Assembly: GCA_963739515.1 (NCBI GenBank)
Contig: CAVUAO010000002.1
Location: 156,880-220,879 of the forward strand
DNA: 64,000 nucleotides
Reading direction: 5' to 3'
Origin: an uncultured Chloroflexia bacterium
GTDB lineage: Bacteria; Chloroflexota; Dehalococcoidia; Dehalococcoidales; RBG-16-60-22
This document shows positions 1 to 16,694 of this stretch, one piece after another (the stretch's first letter is position 1; each line of letters begins with the position of its first letter). A model generated the notes under the pieces. It did no database searches, was not told the DNA's origin, and saw only the letters and a list, made by a program, of their open reading frames with translations. The position numbers and the translations under genes were made by a program.

Positions 1-862
1 ATAACAAAAACTTCTTAATAGAACAGCGTAAGTATTCTTCATTAATAGTAGTAATTTCTTGAAGTTCATTGAGGTCTTTATCTTTATATTCGCCACCATG
101 TACTGCTACTCCTCTAAAATTATAAGCACGCTTCATATGATTGAAAATAGACTTTCTTTCAATTCCATTCCCAAGAAAAAACGCGGCTCTTATGGCTAAT
201 TTATACCCAAGCTCTTTATCATCCCCAATATACAGGGATTCAAAGGCAATCATTTGGTCAATTAACCTGTCTTCTAGATTATTATAGTAACTAGCATTAA
301 ACCTTCTTAAAGTTTCATTGATATGCTGTTTTTCAATGCAAAAATATAGATTACGAAGTATTGTTTTTATTAGTGGTATATCAGACTTATTTAAATGATA
401 TATTAGCTTGGTATTTTTGACGTTGAATTGAAACTTTGATAAATCAACAAAGCCGTATAAGTATCCAAATTCCGTAGGTATATTCTGCCATCCATGGATA
501 TCAAATGTATATCTATCATTGCTTGTAGGCTCTATATTTTCAGTGGCTGAAATCAGTGGTCCGGGAACAATATTTCCTGTATGATAAAGACGTAGTGCTG
601 TGAAAAAATTACTCAATTTTTGGTGTATTTCAATAATTTTGTTTATTTTAGTAACAATATTTGTTTCCAAAGCAAATTGTTCTTCTTGAGGTAATAAAAC
701 CATAAATTTGGACGACTCAACATCAGACCAGTCTGGATAATATAGTAATAGTTCTTCATTCAAATCTGGCCAAGTTGGTTTTATATTTAAACCTCTTTCA
801 AAGTTGATACTCTTCGAAGAACAATCGAAATTGTATAGTGGACATAGCCAATAATTACGCAT
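1..862 (-). CDS. HEPN-domain protein (ApeA-like), truncated by the window edge; not in the ORF track
   Basis: Open frame from ATG at 862 (GAGGAGAGGGGAG RBS upstream) to position 1. It reads MRNYWLCPLYNF...EDRLIDQMIAFESLY...LGYKLAIRAAFFLG...MKRAYNFRGVAVHGG, with an R-x4-H motif at nt 115-98. Strongly AT-rich. Confidence 0.8.
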   Translation of the reverse strand, partial: MRNYWLCPLYNFDCSSKSINFERGLNIKPTWPDLNEELLLYYPDWSDVESSKFMVLLPQEEQFALETNIVTKINKIIEIHQKLSNFFTALRLYHTGNIVPGPLISATENIEPTSNDRYTFDIHGWQNIPTEFGYLYGFVDLSKFQFNVKNTKLIYHLNKSDIPLIKTILRNLYFCIEKQHINETLRRFNASYYNNLEDRLIDQMIAFESLYIGDDKELGYKLAIRAAFFLGNGIERKSIFNHMKRAYNFRGVAVHGGEYKDKDLNELQEITTINEEYLRCSIKKFLL

Positions 863-875
863 TTCTCCCCTCTCC

Positions 876-1315
876 TCACATCTCCATCAGTTCAAATCCG
901 CTCTTTTTGTCCGGCAGCCTCTCGCGCTCGTGCCGATGATCTCGTAAATCACCGCCTCGCCCACCAGCCAAGTCTTTACCCCCGGCCTCAGGCATCCCGT
1001 CAGCGTTTTGCCCCCTCGCCCCAGGCTCGCGTGGATGTGCAGCCTCGGCTTGCCCTCTCTGTCCGGCGCGATGATGCCCACCCCCTCCACCTCGTGCGCC
1101 CCCTCCACCGGCAGCATTACTGGCTCCGGCGGCATCCTGTCCGACTCTTTAGGCCCGACGACCACCCGCCCGCTGCCGATTCCCCCAATTAAAACGACGT
1201 GCCCGGTCTTTATCCCTTTCTCCGCCGCGAACCGCTCGATGCTCCCCGGCACTTCATCCCCGTCCTCCAATCGCAAAACAAACACCCGACCTATTTTACC
1301 TTCGGATGCTTTCAT
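876..1315 (-). CDS. PPC/DUF296 domain protein (probable 1-nt indel near the 3' end)
   Basis: GRVFVLRLEDG, IGGI and HIHASLG..GCL motifs. The shifted frame gives the tail RLPDKKSGFELMEM* ending at 876. Confidence 0.8.
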
Positions 1316-1325
1316 GCTTTTCTCC

Positions 1326-1376
1326 AATCTGTCATTCTGAGGAGTCCTTCCGCAGGAAGGACGACGTAAGAATCCG
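1326..1376. repeat. REP-like palindromic repeat, family B copy 1
   Basis: AATCTGTCATTCTGAGGAGTCCTTCCGCAGGAAGGACGACGTAAGAATCCG; 50/51 identical to 34949-34999; internal hairpin GTCCTTCC-GCA-GGAAGGAC. Confidence 0.9.
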
Positions 1377-1488
1377 GTTTTTCAGCCCTATTCTAAGCGT
1401 CGGGAGGCGATTCTTCAAGCGGGTAGGGCGGCGACGATATCCCATTCCCTTTCTCTCCCCCTTCCTATATACCAATAACTAGTAACTA

Positions 1489-1615
1489 TTTAACATAACT
1501 CTAAAAACGAATAACCGGAAAAATGAAGCTGATTTGACATAATCTAAAAACGAATACTGAAGCTAACTAGCTACGAAAATCGCCGGAAAAAATATTTAAA
1601 AACGAATAACGAATC
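1489..1615. repeat. AT-rich dispersed element with three AAAAACGAAT direct repeats, copy 1
   Basis: AAAAACGAATA at 1503, 1546 and 1598; alignable by eye to 50206-50334. Confidence 0.8.
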
Positions 1616-1626
1616 GGTTTGGTCTG

Positions 1627-2211
1627 CTACTTGTTTCCCAGGTACTGCAGCGCCAGCTTGACCTTCTCCTCGAGCTTGAGTTTCTTGTCGCCGGGCAGGG
1701 CGGCTACCGCCTTGACCGCTTCCCCCGCCGAGTATCCCAGCGACGTCAGCGCCGTCAGCACGTCCGTGTTCTCCTGCGCCGCCTGTGTCGCCGGGGTGAT
1801 GACCCACCCCGCCCCTATCTTCTCTTTGAGCTCCAGGATGATTCGGTTGGCCACCTTCTTCCCGATGCCCGGCACCATGTCGAGCATCTCCACGCTGCCC
1901 GTGGCGATGGCCGTCGTTATCTGCTCCGGGCTCATCGCCGAGAGCATTGCCAGGGATAGCTTTGGCCCCAGTCCCGTTACTCCTATCAGCGTCTCGAAAA
2001 GCCACAGCCCCTCGGTCGTGTTGAATCCATAGAGCGATAGATTGTCCTCGCGTACGTGCAGGTGGGTAAAGACTTTGACTTGCTGGCCCGGTTTGCCCAT
2101 CGCCGCGATGTCGCTTGTGGGCATGAATACTTTAAACCCCACCCCTCCCACGTTGATGACCGCTCCTTCTCCCCCCACGCTCTCCACTTTGCCCTCGAGG
2201 CTGCTTATCAT
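1627..2211 (-). CDS. ruvA: Holliday junction branch migration protein RuvA
   Basis: MISSLEGKV...HLHVRED..LYGF..GVTGLGPK..PGIGKKVANRIILELK; ATG at 2211 overlaps the ruvC stop. Confidence 0.97.
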   Translation of the reverse strand: MISSLEGKVESVGGEGAVINVGGVGFKVFMPTSDIAAMGKPGQQVKVFTHLHVREDNLSLYGFNTTEGLWLFETLIGVTGLGPKLSLAMLSAMSPEQITTAIATGSVEMLDMVPGIGKKVANRIILELKEKIGAGWVITPATQAAQENTDVLTALTSLGYSAGEAVKAVAALPGDKKLKLEEKVKLALQYLGNK

Positions 2212-2711
2212 CTTTCTCCTTGTCTGGCCAGCAGGTCGTTCACATGCATTTCCTGTACGCAGCATAGCGCCACCGCCAGCGCGTCGGCCGCATCATTCGG
2301 CTCCGGCGCTTCCTCGAGGCCCAGTTGCAGCCGCACCATCTCCTGTACCTGCTCTTTGCTGCTCGCGCCGTAGTTGGCGACCCTCAGTTTGACCTGCGCC
2401 GGCGTATATTCGTGGGTGGGAATGTGCTGGCTGGCCGCCGCCAGTAGGGCTATCGCCTGGGCCCGCCCGATGGCTAGGGCCGACTTCACGTTCTTGGCGA
2501 CGAAGGGCGATTCGACGGCGATGATGTCGGGCTTATGCTTCCGTATTACTTTAAGGAGTTCCTTGAATAGAAAGTTTAAACGCTCGCCGGTTTTTAAGCG
2601 TTCCGGCACGGCGATGGCGCCGTAATCGACCAGGGCTGTTTCGCTTCCGTCACTCTCTATCACCCCGTAGCCCATGACTACCGTGCCCGGGTCGATGCCT
2701 AATATTTTCAT
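2208..2711 (-). CDS. ruvC: Crossover junction endodeoxyribonuclease RuvC
   Basis: ILGIDPG, E-x-P-F, YTPAQVK and DAADALAVA motifs. Confidence 0.97.
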   Translation of the reverse strand: MKILGIDPGTVVMGYGVIESDGSETALVDYGAIAVPERLKTGERLNFLFKELLKVIRKHKPDIIAVESPFVAKNVKSALAIGRAQAIALLAAASQHIPTHEYTPAQVKLRVANYGASSKEQVQEMVRLQLGLEEAPEPNDAADALAVALCCVQEMHVNDLLARQGER

Positions 2712-2725
2712 CTCATATTATAAAA

Positions 2726-3469
2726 TTACGCTGCCTGGTAGACGGCGTCCGGGATATCGGCGTTGCTGTAGACGTTCTGCACGTCGTCGATTTCCTCGAG
2801 CCGCTCGAGTAGCCTGAAAGCCTGCAAACCCGCTTTTTCATCGAGTTTGATGAGCGATTTCGCCGCCATGGTCAGCTCGCTCGATTCTATTTTTACTTTG
2901 TTTTTTTCGAGCGCCTGCCTGACCTTCTCCAGCTGGTTGGGCGCGGTATAGACCTCGACGTAGCCGCTCTCGACCTTCACGTCATCGGCGCCAGCGTCGA
3001 TGGCCGCAAGGGCCAGTTCGTCCGCATCGACGTTCTCGGCTTGAATGGTGATGACGCCTTTAGACTCGAACAGCCAGCTGACACAGCCGCTTTCTCCCAG
3101 GCTGCCGCCGTGGCGAGTGAATGTGCTCCGCACTTCCTGGACGGCGCGGTTGCGGTTGTCCGAGAGGGCGTTGACTAGGATGGCGATGCCGTTGGGACCG
3201 TATCCTTCGAGTACCATTTCAACCAGGCTCCCTCCCCCCAGTTCCCCCGTCCCTTTCCCAATTGCCCTGTCGATATTGTCCATGGGCATGTTGGCGTCGC
3301 GGGCTTTCTGGATTGCCAGTCTGAGGCGGAAATTTGTATCGGTGCTGCCGCCGCCTTCGCGTGCCGACATGATGATTTCTCGTGTCAGTTTAGTAAAAAG
3401 GTTGCCTCGCTTGATATCGTCTATACCCTTTTGGTGTTTAATTTTTGACCATTTTGAATGCCCGGACAT
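2726..3469 (-). CDS. yebC: YebC/PmpR family protein
   Basis: MSGHSKW, EGYGPNG, DNRNR, DDVQNVYSN. Confidence 0.97.
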   Translation of the reverse strand: MSGHSKWSKIKHQKGIDDIKRGNLFTKLTREIIMSAREGGGSTDTNFRLRLAIQKARDANMPMDNIDRAIGKGTGELGGGSLVEMVLEGYGPNGIAILVNALSDNRNRAVQEVRSTFTRHGGSLGESGCVSWLFESKGVITIQAENVDADELALAAIDAGADDVKVESGYVEVYTAPNQLEKVRQALEKNKVKIESSELTMAAKSLIKLDEKAGLQAFRLLERLEEIDDVQNVYSNADIPDAVYQAA

Positions 3470-3607
3470 CGTCTTGCCCTCCTTGCCCTCTATTCCCCCT
3501 GTTTGCTAATTCTAGCACTTCGGTATCGGGTGGTCAAAGAGGGTCTGAATGCCTTTTTCTAACACCATTGTCGTTTATCGGTGGAATTTTTCTGAGGGTT
3601 TTCCAGA

Positions 3608-4261
3608 CTAAACCGTGTGTGTCTCGACACCGTAATCCAGTTTTTTCGCGAGAGATTCTCGGAGCTGCTGTATGTGTGCCTGGAAAGATGGTGATGTGAT
3701 GCTCCCCGCGGACATAATTATCGCGTCTTCCTTATTGTCCAGATAGTAGCCGCGTCTTATGCCGGCCTGTTCGAAGCCGTATTTGCTGTAGAGGTTCTGC
3801 GCCACGATATTGGAGACGCGCACCTCCAGGGTCATGCCGTTGGCTTTAAGTTTTTGTGCTAGGTCTACCGTAGCTATAAGCAGCAGTTCCCCGATACCCT
3901 TACGGCGGTATTCCTGCCTCACGGCGATATTGGTGATATGGGCTTCATCGACCATCAGCCAGATGCCGGAAAAACCGACGATATACTGCTGGGGCTGACG
4001 CGATGGAGTCTTGTCGCGGCTGAGGCCCAATTTGAACCATGATGCCAGCCAGGTCGCCAGCCTGGATGGCTTTTTCGGCGGTTTTTCTCTGCCGGCATTT
4101 ATCGTCCTGCTGTCGTCGATGGCCACGAGATAATAGGCCAGGCGGTTCTGAAGCTCCTGACGGTAGTTGGGCAGCGGCCACTGGCTCGGGAAGGCTTCGC
4201 GGTCAATTTCGTTGACCTGCCCCACGTCCGCCTTTTCCATCGGGCGTACGAGATACGTCAA
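3608..4261 (-). CDS. rimI: Ribosomal protein S18 alanine N-acetyltransferase (GNAT) with an internal insertion
   Basis: DEAHITNIAV..RRKGIG..LEVRVSN..AQNLY.KYGF..RRGYY..EDA. Confidence 0.9.
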   Translation of the reverse strand: MTYLVRPMEKADVGQVNEIDREAFPSQWPLPNYRQELQNRLAYYLVAIDDSRTINAGREKPPKKPSRLATWLASWFKLGLSRDKTPSRQPQQYIVGFSGIWLMVDEAHITNIAVRQEYRRKGIGELLLIATVDLAQKLKANGMTLEVRVSNIVAQNLYSKYGFEQAGIRRGYYLDNKEDAIIMSAGSITSPSFQAHIQQLRESLAKKLDYGVETHTV

Positions 4262-4367
4262 TACTTATCTCCGTTTTAGGTGACGGTCAGGCTGCCGTTT
4301 TTGTTCGTTCTGCCATTTTAACACATTTTCCGCACCATGGCATTTTTCCCCGGAATGAAGCTAAAAA

Positions 4368-4395
4368 CTATCTTTTTACCCCCTTATTCGTTATA
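4368..4395 (+). promoter_or_regulatory. Candidate ECF sigma-dependent promoter (autoregulation)
   Basis: CTATC-N16-CGTTATA upstream of the ECF sigma gene; same architecture at 6031 and 40044. Confidence 0.55.
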
Positions 4396-4480
4396 CTATA
4401 TGCACAGGGTAATTCCTGGTCTTCGACCGGGTAAACCTGGAAATATAGGTCAAATCCGGCCTCTGGATGGGAGTTGTCAG

Positions 4481-5023
4481 GTGCAGAATGAGCAAAGCCT
4501 CGTCCGGCGGGCGCAGCAGCGCGACCCGGCGGCTTTAACTCAATTATACGAAGAGAACTTCGGTAGGATTTATCGGTATATAGTTCTCAAGATAGGTGAT
4601 AGGTCAGAGGCAGAGGATATGACTCAGCAGGTTTTTCTTAACGTCCTGAAGTCTATCTCATCTTATAAATGGCAGGGCATGCCGTTTACCTCCTGGCTGT
4701 ACCGTATCGCCCATAACCAGATCGTCGATCATTTGAGAAAGAAGTCGAAGCGGCCCACCGTGCCTCTTGATGAATCGATCGCCGCTTTTGACGGCGACCC
4801 CGAGAAAATAGCGGTCCGGAAGGTGGAAATTGAAGAGCTGGCTCTCGCGGCCAGGAAGCTGACCCCGGCGCAACAGGAGGTTGTCTCGTTGCGTTTTGCT
4901 TCCGAGCTTTCCATCGCGGAAGTCGCTGAGGTCATGGGTAAGAGCGAAGGGGCGATTAAGGCATTGCAGCACAGCGCTATCCTTGCTCTGCGTAAGGTGC
5001 TATTGCCCGGGGTGGATTTATGA
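4481..5023 (+). CDS. ECF (sigma-70 group 4) RNA polymerase sigma factor
   Basis: AEDMTQQVF..FTSWLYRIAHNQIVDHLR and LTPAQQEVV..SIAEVAEVMGKSEGAIK; likely GTG start at 4481 after GGGAG. Confidence 0.93.
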   Translation: MQNEQSLVRRAQQRDPAALTQLYEENFGRIYRYIVLKIGDRSEAEDMTQQVFLNVLKSISSYKWQGMPFTSWLYRIAHNQIVDHLRKKSKRPTVPLDESIAAFDGDPEKIAVRKVEIEELALAARKLTPAQQEVVSLRFASELSIAEVAEVMGKSEGAIKALQHSAILALRKVLLPGVDL

Positions 5024-6002
5024 ACAAGAATAAAGAATTCGATAATATATTAGATGAATGCCTCTCGCGTTTGATTGAGGGCGAAACCGTCGCGTCGTGC
5101 CTGTCCCGTTTCCCAGAATACGCTGCGGAGCTTGAACCGCTGCTGCGGACCGCTCAGGAAACGCTAAAGACGGCCGCGGTCGATCCCCGTCCCGAGTTCC
5201 GTGACCGGGCTCGTTATCAGTTCCAGGCCGCCATCCGTGATATGGCAACGAAGCCGAGCCGCGGTTTCTTTAGCTGGATACCGCAGTGGGCGACCGCGGT
5301 CAGCGTCGTGGCCGCTATCCTGATTGCCGGCGGGGGTACCCTGGCGGCCGCTGGCGGCAGCCTGCCCGATAGCCCCCTTTACCAGGTCAAGCTGGCTGCC
5401 GAGGCGGTACGGGTGGCTTTGACTCCATCTGATTTGGCTAAGGCGGAGCTGCATGCTGAGTTCGCCGATGAGAGAGTGGGTGAAATCATTAAAATGGCGG
5501 AAAAAGGCAACATTACGCTGGTAGAAGCGACGACGGACCGCATGAATGAGCAGCTTATCGCCGTGGCGAATCTTACCGGCATCGGTCAACATACTCGTGA
5601 TACCGCGAATTTTCGCGCAATGAATGCGCCGGCGCCGGTAACCCCTACCGCAATGCCCACCACGACTCCGGCCCTCACTCCCACGCCCACCCCGTCGCCA
5701 ACGGGTACATTGACGGCACCGTTACCCACACCCGCGCCAACGATTACCCTGCCGCCGACGGCTTTAGGGTCCGGAACTGGGCCGGAGAAAAAGCCGTCAG
5801 TGAGGGACAGGGAGACGGTACCGGTGAGGTCAGTGAACAAGAACAATTCAAGGACTCCTTGACTCAACAGTACCTCGTGAATTTACAGGCTTTGCAGGAC
5901 GAACTTGCCCGGGCTCCGGAGTCTTTGAAACCTGCTTTGCTCCGTGCCATTGAAGTTCTTGAACAGGCTTACCAGGAAGCTCTGGACAATCTGGGTGCCT
6001 GA
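5020..6002 (+). CDS. Membrane anti-sigma factor with DUF5667-like domain and Pro/Thr linker (frameshift near 5790)
   Basis: N-terminal LDECL..L..YAAELEPLL, one TM helix, SLPDSPLYQVKLAAE. Removing one A from the run at 5788-5792 extends the frame to ...QEALDNLGA* at 6002. Confidence 0.8.
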
Positions 6003-6030
6003 TGAAATTCCCCTGAGTGATTGGCCGCCG

Positions 6031-6058
6031 CTAACCCCGCGGCGACTTTTTCGTTATA
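6031..6058 (+). promoter_or_regulatory. Candidate ECF sigma-dependent promoter
   Basis: CTAAC-N16-CGTTATA upstream of the SIMPL gene. Confidence 0.6.
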
Positions 6059-6088
6059 TTAAGTGAAAACCAAAAAGGAGGTTCAAAA

Positions 6089-6850
6089 GTGAAGAAAATA
6101 TGGTTGGCAATTGCCGGCACGGTTCTCATTCTGGCGGTAGCGGTCCTGGTCGGCTGCAGTTCGGGTCCAGGCTCGGTGCTGAATAGCGACGCTTCCGGTA
6201 TCAAGCTTAACCTGAATAATCAGCAGGAGGGTATCTGGGTCAGCGGCGAGGGTAAAATTCCGGTCGTTCCTGACACGGCTATCCTGAACCTGGGCATTGA
6301 GGCGCAGGAGTTAACGGTAACCGCCGCCCAGTCTAAAGCGAGCGATGCCATGGACAGTATCATGAAGGCTCTCAAAGCCGCTGGCATTAACGAGAAGGAT
6401 ATACAGACCCAGTACTTCAATATCCAGAAAGTGACCCGCTATGATAATGACAAGCAGAATGAGGTTGTTATCGGTTATCGGGTAACTAACACAGTTACCG
6501 TTAAAGTCAGGGACGTGACCAAAGCGGGCCCGGTTATTGACGCTGTTGTCGCCGCCGGCGGCGATTTTACCCGAATTAATAGTATCGGTTTTACGGTCGA
6601 TGACCCGTCCTCTTACTATGAGCAGGCCAGGGTAAAGGCGGTCGCCGATGCCGCCGCTAAGGCGAAGAAGCTGGCCGAAGCGGCTGGCGTTAAGCTCGGA
6701 AAAGCCGTTTATATCACCGAGAGTTCCTATGTTCCCGGACCGATCTATCGTGACGTTGCTGCTTCCGCCGGAACGTCGACCGTTACCCCCGTCAGCCCCG
6801 GCGAAATGGATATCACCGCTAACGTCCAGATAGCTTATGCCATAGACTAG
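6089..6850 (+). CDS. SIMPL (DUF541) domain lipoprotein
   Basis: Lipobox LVGC; GIWVSGEG..PDTA..IQT..GYRVTNTVTVKVRD..KAVADA..LA; AGGAGG RBS. Confidence 0.9.
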   Translation: MKKIWLAIAGTVLILAVAVLVGCSSGPGSVLNSDASGIKLNLNNQQEGIWVSGEGKIPVVPDTAILNLGIEAQELTVTAAQSKASDAMDSIMKALKAAGINEKDIQTQYFNIQKVTRYDNDKQNEVVIGYRVTNTVTVKVRDVTKAGPVIDAVVAAGGDFTRINSIGFTVDDPSSYYEQARVKAVADAAAKAKKLAEAAGVKLGKAVYITESSYVPGPIYRDVAASAGTSTVTPVSPGEMDITANVQIAYAID

Positions 6851-6880
6851 ACTACAAAAGGTGGAGAAACTTAGTAAGCA

Positions 6881-6910
6881 AGGGAGCCCCGATTTTATCG
6901 GGGCTTCCTT
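6881..6910. terminator. Hairpin between convergent genes, probable bidirectional terminator
   Basis: GGGAGCCCCGAT-TTT-ATCGGGGCTTCC followed by a T-rich tract. Confidence 0.75.
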
Positions 6911-7452
6911 TATTTTTCCTTCTTTTCGGTATACCGTTCCCGCTCGCTGTAAATACAGCCGCAGTACTGCTGGCGGTAGAGTTCCATGGGCTTGGTGATG
7001 TGCCGGCTATCCGAGTAGCGTTTGCGCAGGTCGGCGTAGAGAAATTCCACGCCTTTTCCCTCCGCCGCCTTTTCGCCGGTTTCTTTAATCAGTTCGTGTT
7101 TCTGGTGTAGGCTGATGAGCAGGGTGGTGGTGAAAGCGTCGTAGCCTTTCCCGCGGGCGGTTTCCGCCGTTTTCGTTAACCTTAATTCAAAACAGTATTG
7201 GCAGCGCTCTGCTTCGTGACCGGCCACGCGACGAAAATACTCCGGCATATCATAGCTGTCCGCTATAATCAGCGGCAGGTCTATCTGTGCCGCCAGCGAC
7301 TTCATGCTTTCGAGTCGCTGCTGGTGCTCGCTGAAGGGGTGGATGTTGGGGTTATACCAGAACCCCGAGGCATCATAGCCTTGCTGTCTCCAGTATTCGA
7401 CCGTATAGGCGGCGCAGTGCGCGCAGCAGACGTGGATGAGGACTTTTTTCAT
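6910..7452 (-). CDS. queH: Epoxyqueuosine reductase QueH (DUF208)
   Basis: HVCCAHC, YNPNIHP, RCQYC, YRQQYCGC. Confidence 0.92.
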   Translation of the reverse strand: MKKVLIHVCCAHCAAYTVEYWRQQGYDASGFWYNPNIHPFSEHQQRLESMKSLAAQIDLPLIIADSYDMPEYFRRVAGHEAERCQYCFELRLTKTAETARGKGYDAFTTTLLISLHQKHELIKETGEKAAEGKGVEFLYADLRKRYSDSRHITKPMELYRQQYCGCIYSERERYTEKKEK

Positions 7453-7552
7453 AGTCGACCGCTGAGTTTCCGGCTGTAGTAATAATAGGCGAAATAGCTG
7501 TCAATCAGCAAGGAGCAGGTATTTTGATATTTAGTAAAAACGATTCGCGGCT

Positions 7553-8575
7553 TTACAGCAGATTCGGCTGCGGCGGCTTTTCTTTATTGTATTTGAGCCC
7601 CAGGTGCTCGTAGGCCAGGCGGGTGGCGACCCTCCCGCGCGGTGTCCTCTCTAGGAACCCCAGCTGCATTAAAAACGGCTCGTAGACATCGGTTATCGTT
7701 TCCGCGTCCTCGCTGATGGAGGCGGCGATGGTATCGAGTCCGACCGGGCCGCCGTTAAACTTCTCGATGATGGTGCGCAGCACCTTGTGGTCTGTTTCGT
7801 CCAGCCCCAGTGGGTCGACTTCCAGCTTGGCAAGGGCGTCGATGGCTACCTGCCGCGTTATCCTGCCTTTGGCGATTACCTGGGCGTAGTCTCTCACCCG
7901 CTTGAGCAGTCGGTTGGCCACCCTCGGCGTGCCCCGGGCACGCCGCGCTATCTCTTTTAATCCTTCTTCTTCCGCTTCTACTTTGAGTATTACCGCGGAA
8001 CGTTTCACGATTTTTTCCAGCGAGGCGACGTCGTAAAAATCCAGGCGGAAGACCGAGCCGAACCTGTCCCGGAGCGGCGGACTGAGCAGGGCGTAGCGAG
8101 TCGTCGCGCCGATTAACGTGAATTTGGGCAAGTTCAGTCGCAGGCTCTTGGCTCCCGGCCCCTTGCCGATGATGATGTCCAGGGCGTAGTCTTCCATGGC
8201 CGGGTAAAGAATCTCTTCCACCGTGCGGTTGAGCCGGTGGATTTCATCGATGAAGAGGACATCGTGACTACGCAGGTTGGTTAAAATGGCGGCCAGGTCC
8301 CCGGTGCGTTCGATAGCCGGACCGGATGTCATTTTGATGTTTACGCCCACCTCAGCGGCGATGATATGCGCCAGGCAGGTCTTGCCCAGGCCGGGCGGGC
8401 CGTAAAACATGATGTGGTCCAGGGGCTCCCCGCGTCCCTTCGCCGCTGCGATGGCTATTTTGAGGTTATCTTTATTTTTGTCCTGCCCGATGAATTCGGC
8501 CAGCGACCGGGGGCGGAGACTGGTATCGAGCGGTGCGTCCTCCACGCTGGGCTTACCCGAGATAATGCGCGCTAT
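7553..8575 (-). CDS. ruvB: Holliday junction branch migration ATPase RuvB (start probably ATA at 8575, otherwise GTG at 8545)
   Basis: [45 protein letters not shown]. Confidence 0.97.
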   Translation of the reverse strand: MARIISGKPSVEDAPLDTSLRPRSLAEFIGQDKNKDNLKIAIAAAKGRGEPLDHIMFYGPPGLGKTCLAHIIAAEVGVNIKMTSGPAIERTGDLAAILTNLRSHDVLFIDEIHRLNRTVEEILYPAMEDYALDIIIGKGPGAKSLRLNLPKFTLIGATTRYALLSPPLRDRFGSVFRLDFYDVASLEKIVKRSAVILKVEAEEEGLKEIARRARGTPRVANRLLKRVRDYAQVIAKGRITRQVAIDALAKLEVDPLGLDETDHKVLRTIIEKFNGGPVGLDTIAASISEDAETITDVYEPFLMQLGFLERTPRGRVATRLAYEHLGLKYNKEKPPQPNLL

Positions 8576-8613
8576 TGTCTCACCCCCAATAATGAATAAA
8601 GTGAATGGGGACC

Positions 8614-16385
<7,772 letters not shown>

Positions 16386-16536
16386 CTCTACTCCTTAAAA
16401 CAAAAAAAGACAACTCTAGATTTTTATAGCGCAAATCATTCAGAATGAAGACATGCGTGCGTACGCCGCAAAACTACGGACATTTATATATGGGAAGTTG
16501 AAACAAAAAACATTTGGGGCATTATTACTAATATAA

Positions 16537-16565
16537 AGGATATCACCGTTGTTTTATTTTGTCAA
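16537..16565 (-). promoter_or_regulatory. sigma70-type promoter for rpoB
   Basis: Minus strand TTGACA-17 bp-TATCCT about 150 nt upstream of the rpoB start. Confidence 0.6.
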
Positions 16566-16694
16566 GTCTTAAAACAATCGTTTCTTGAAGATGTTAAAAA
16601 ATATATTTTACGTTTTTCTACTCAATCCGGCGCGAGTTAAAATATAGTTGCTATACTTATTATATAATATTAAATTAATATTATATTAGATCAT

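Noticed and set aside
1489..1615. CRISPR array
   Set aside because: The repeats are only about 11 bp with three units, the spacers are homologous between the two loci, and no cas genes are present.
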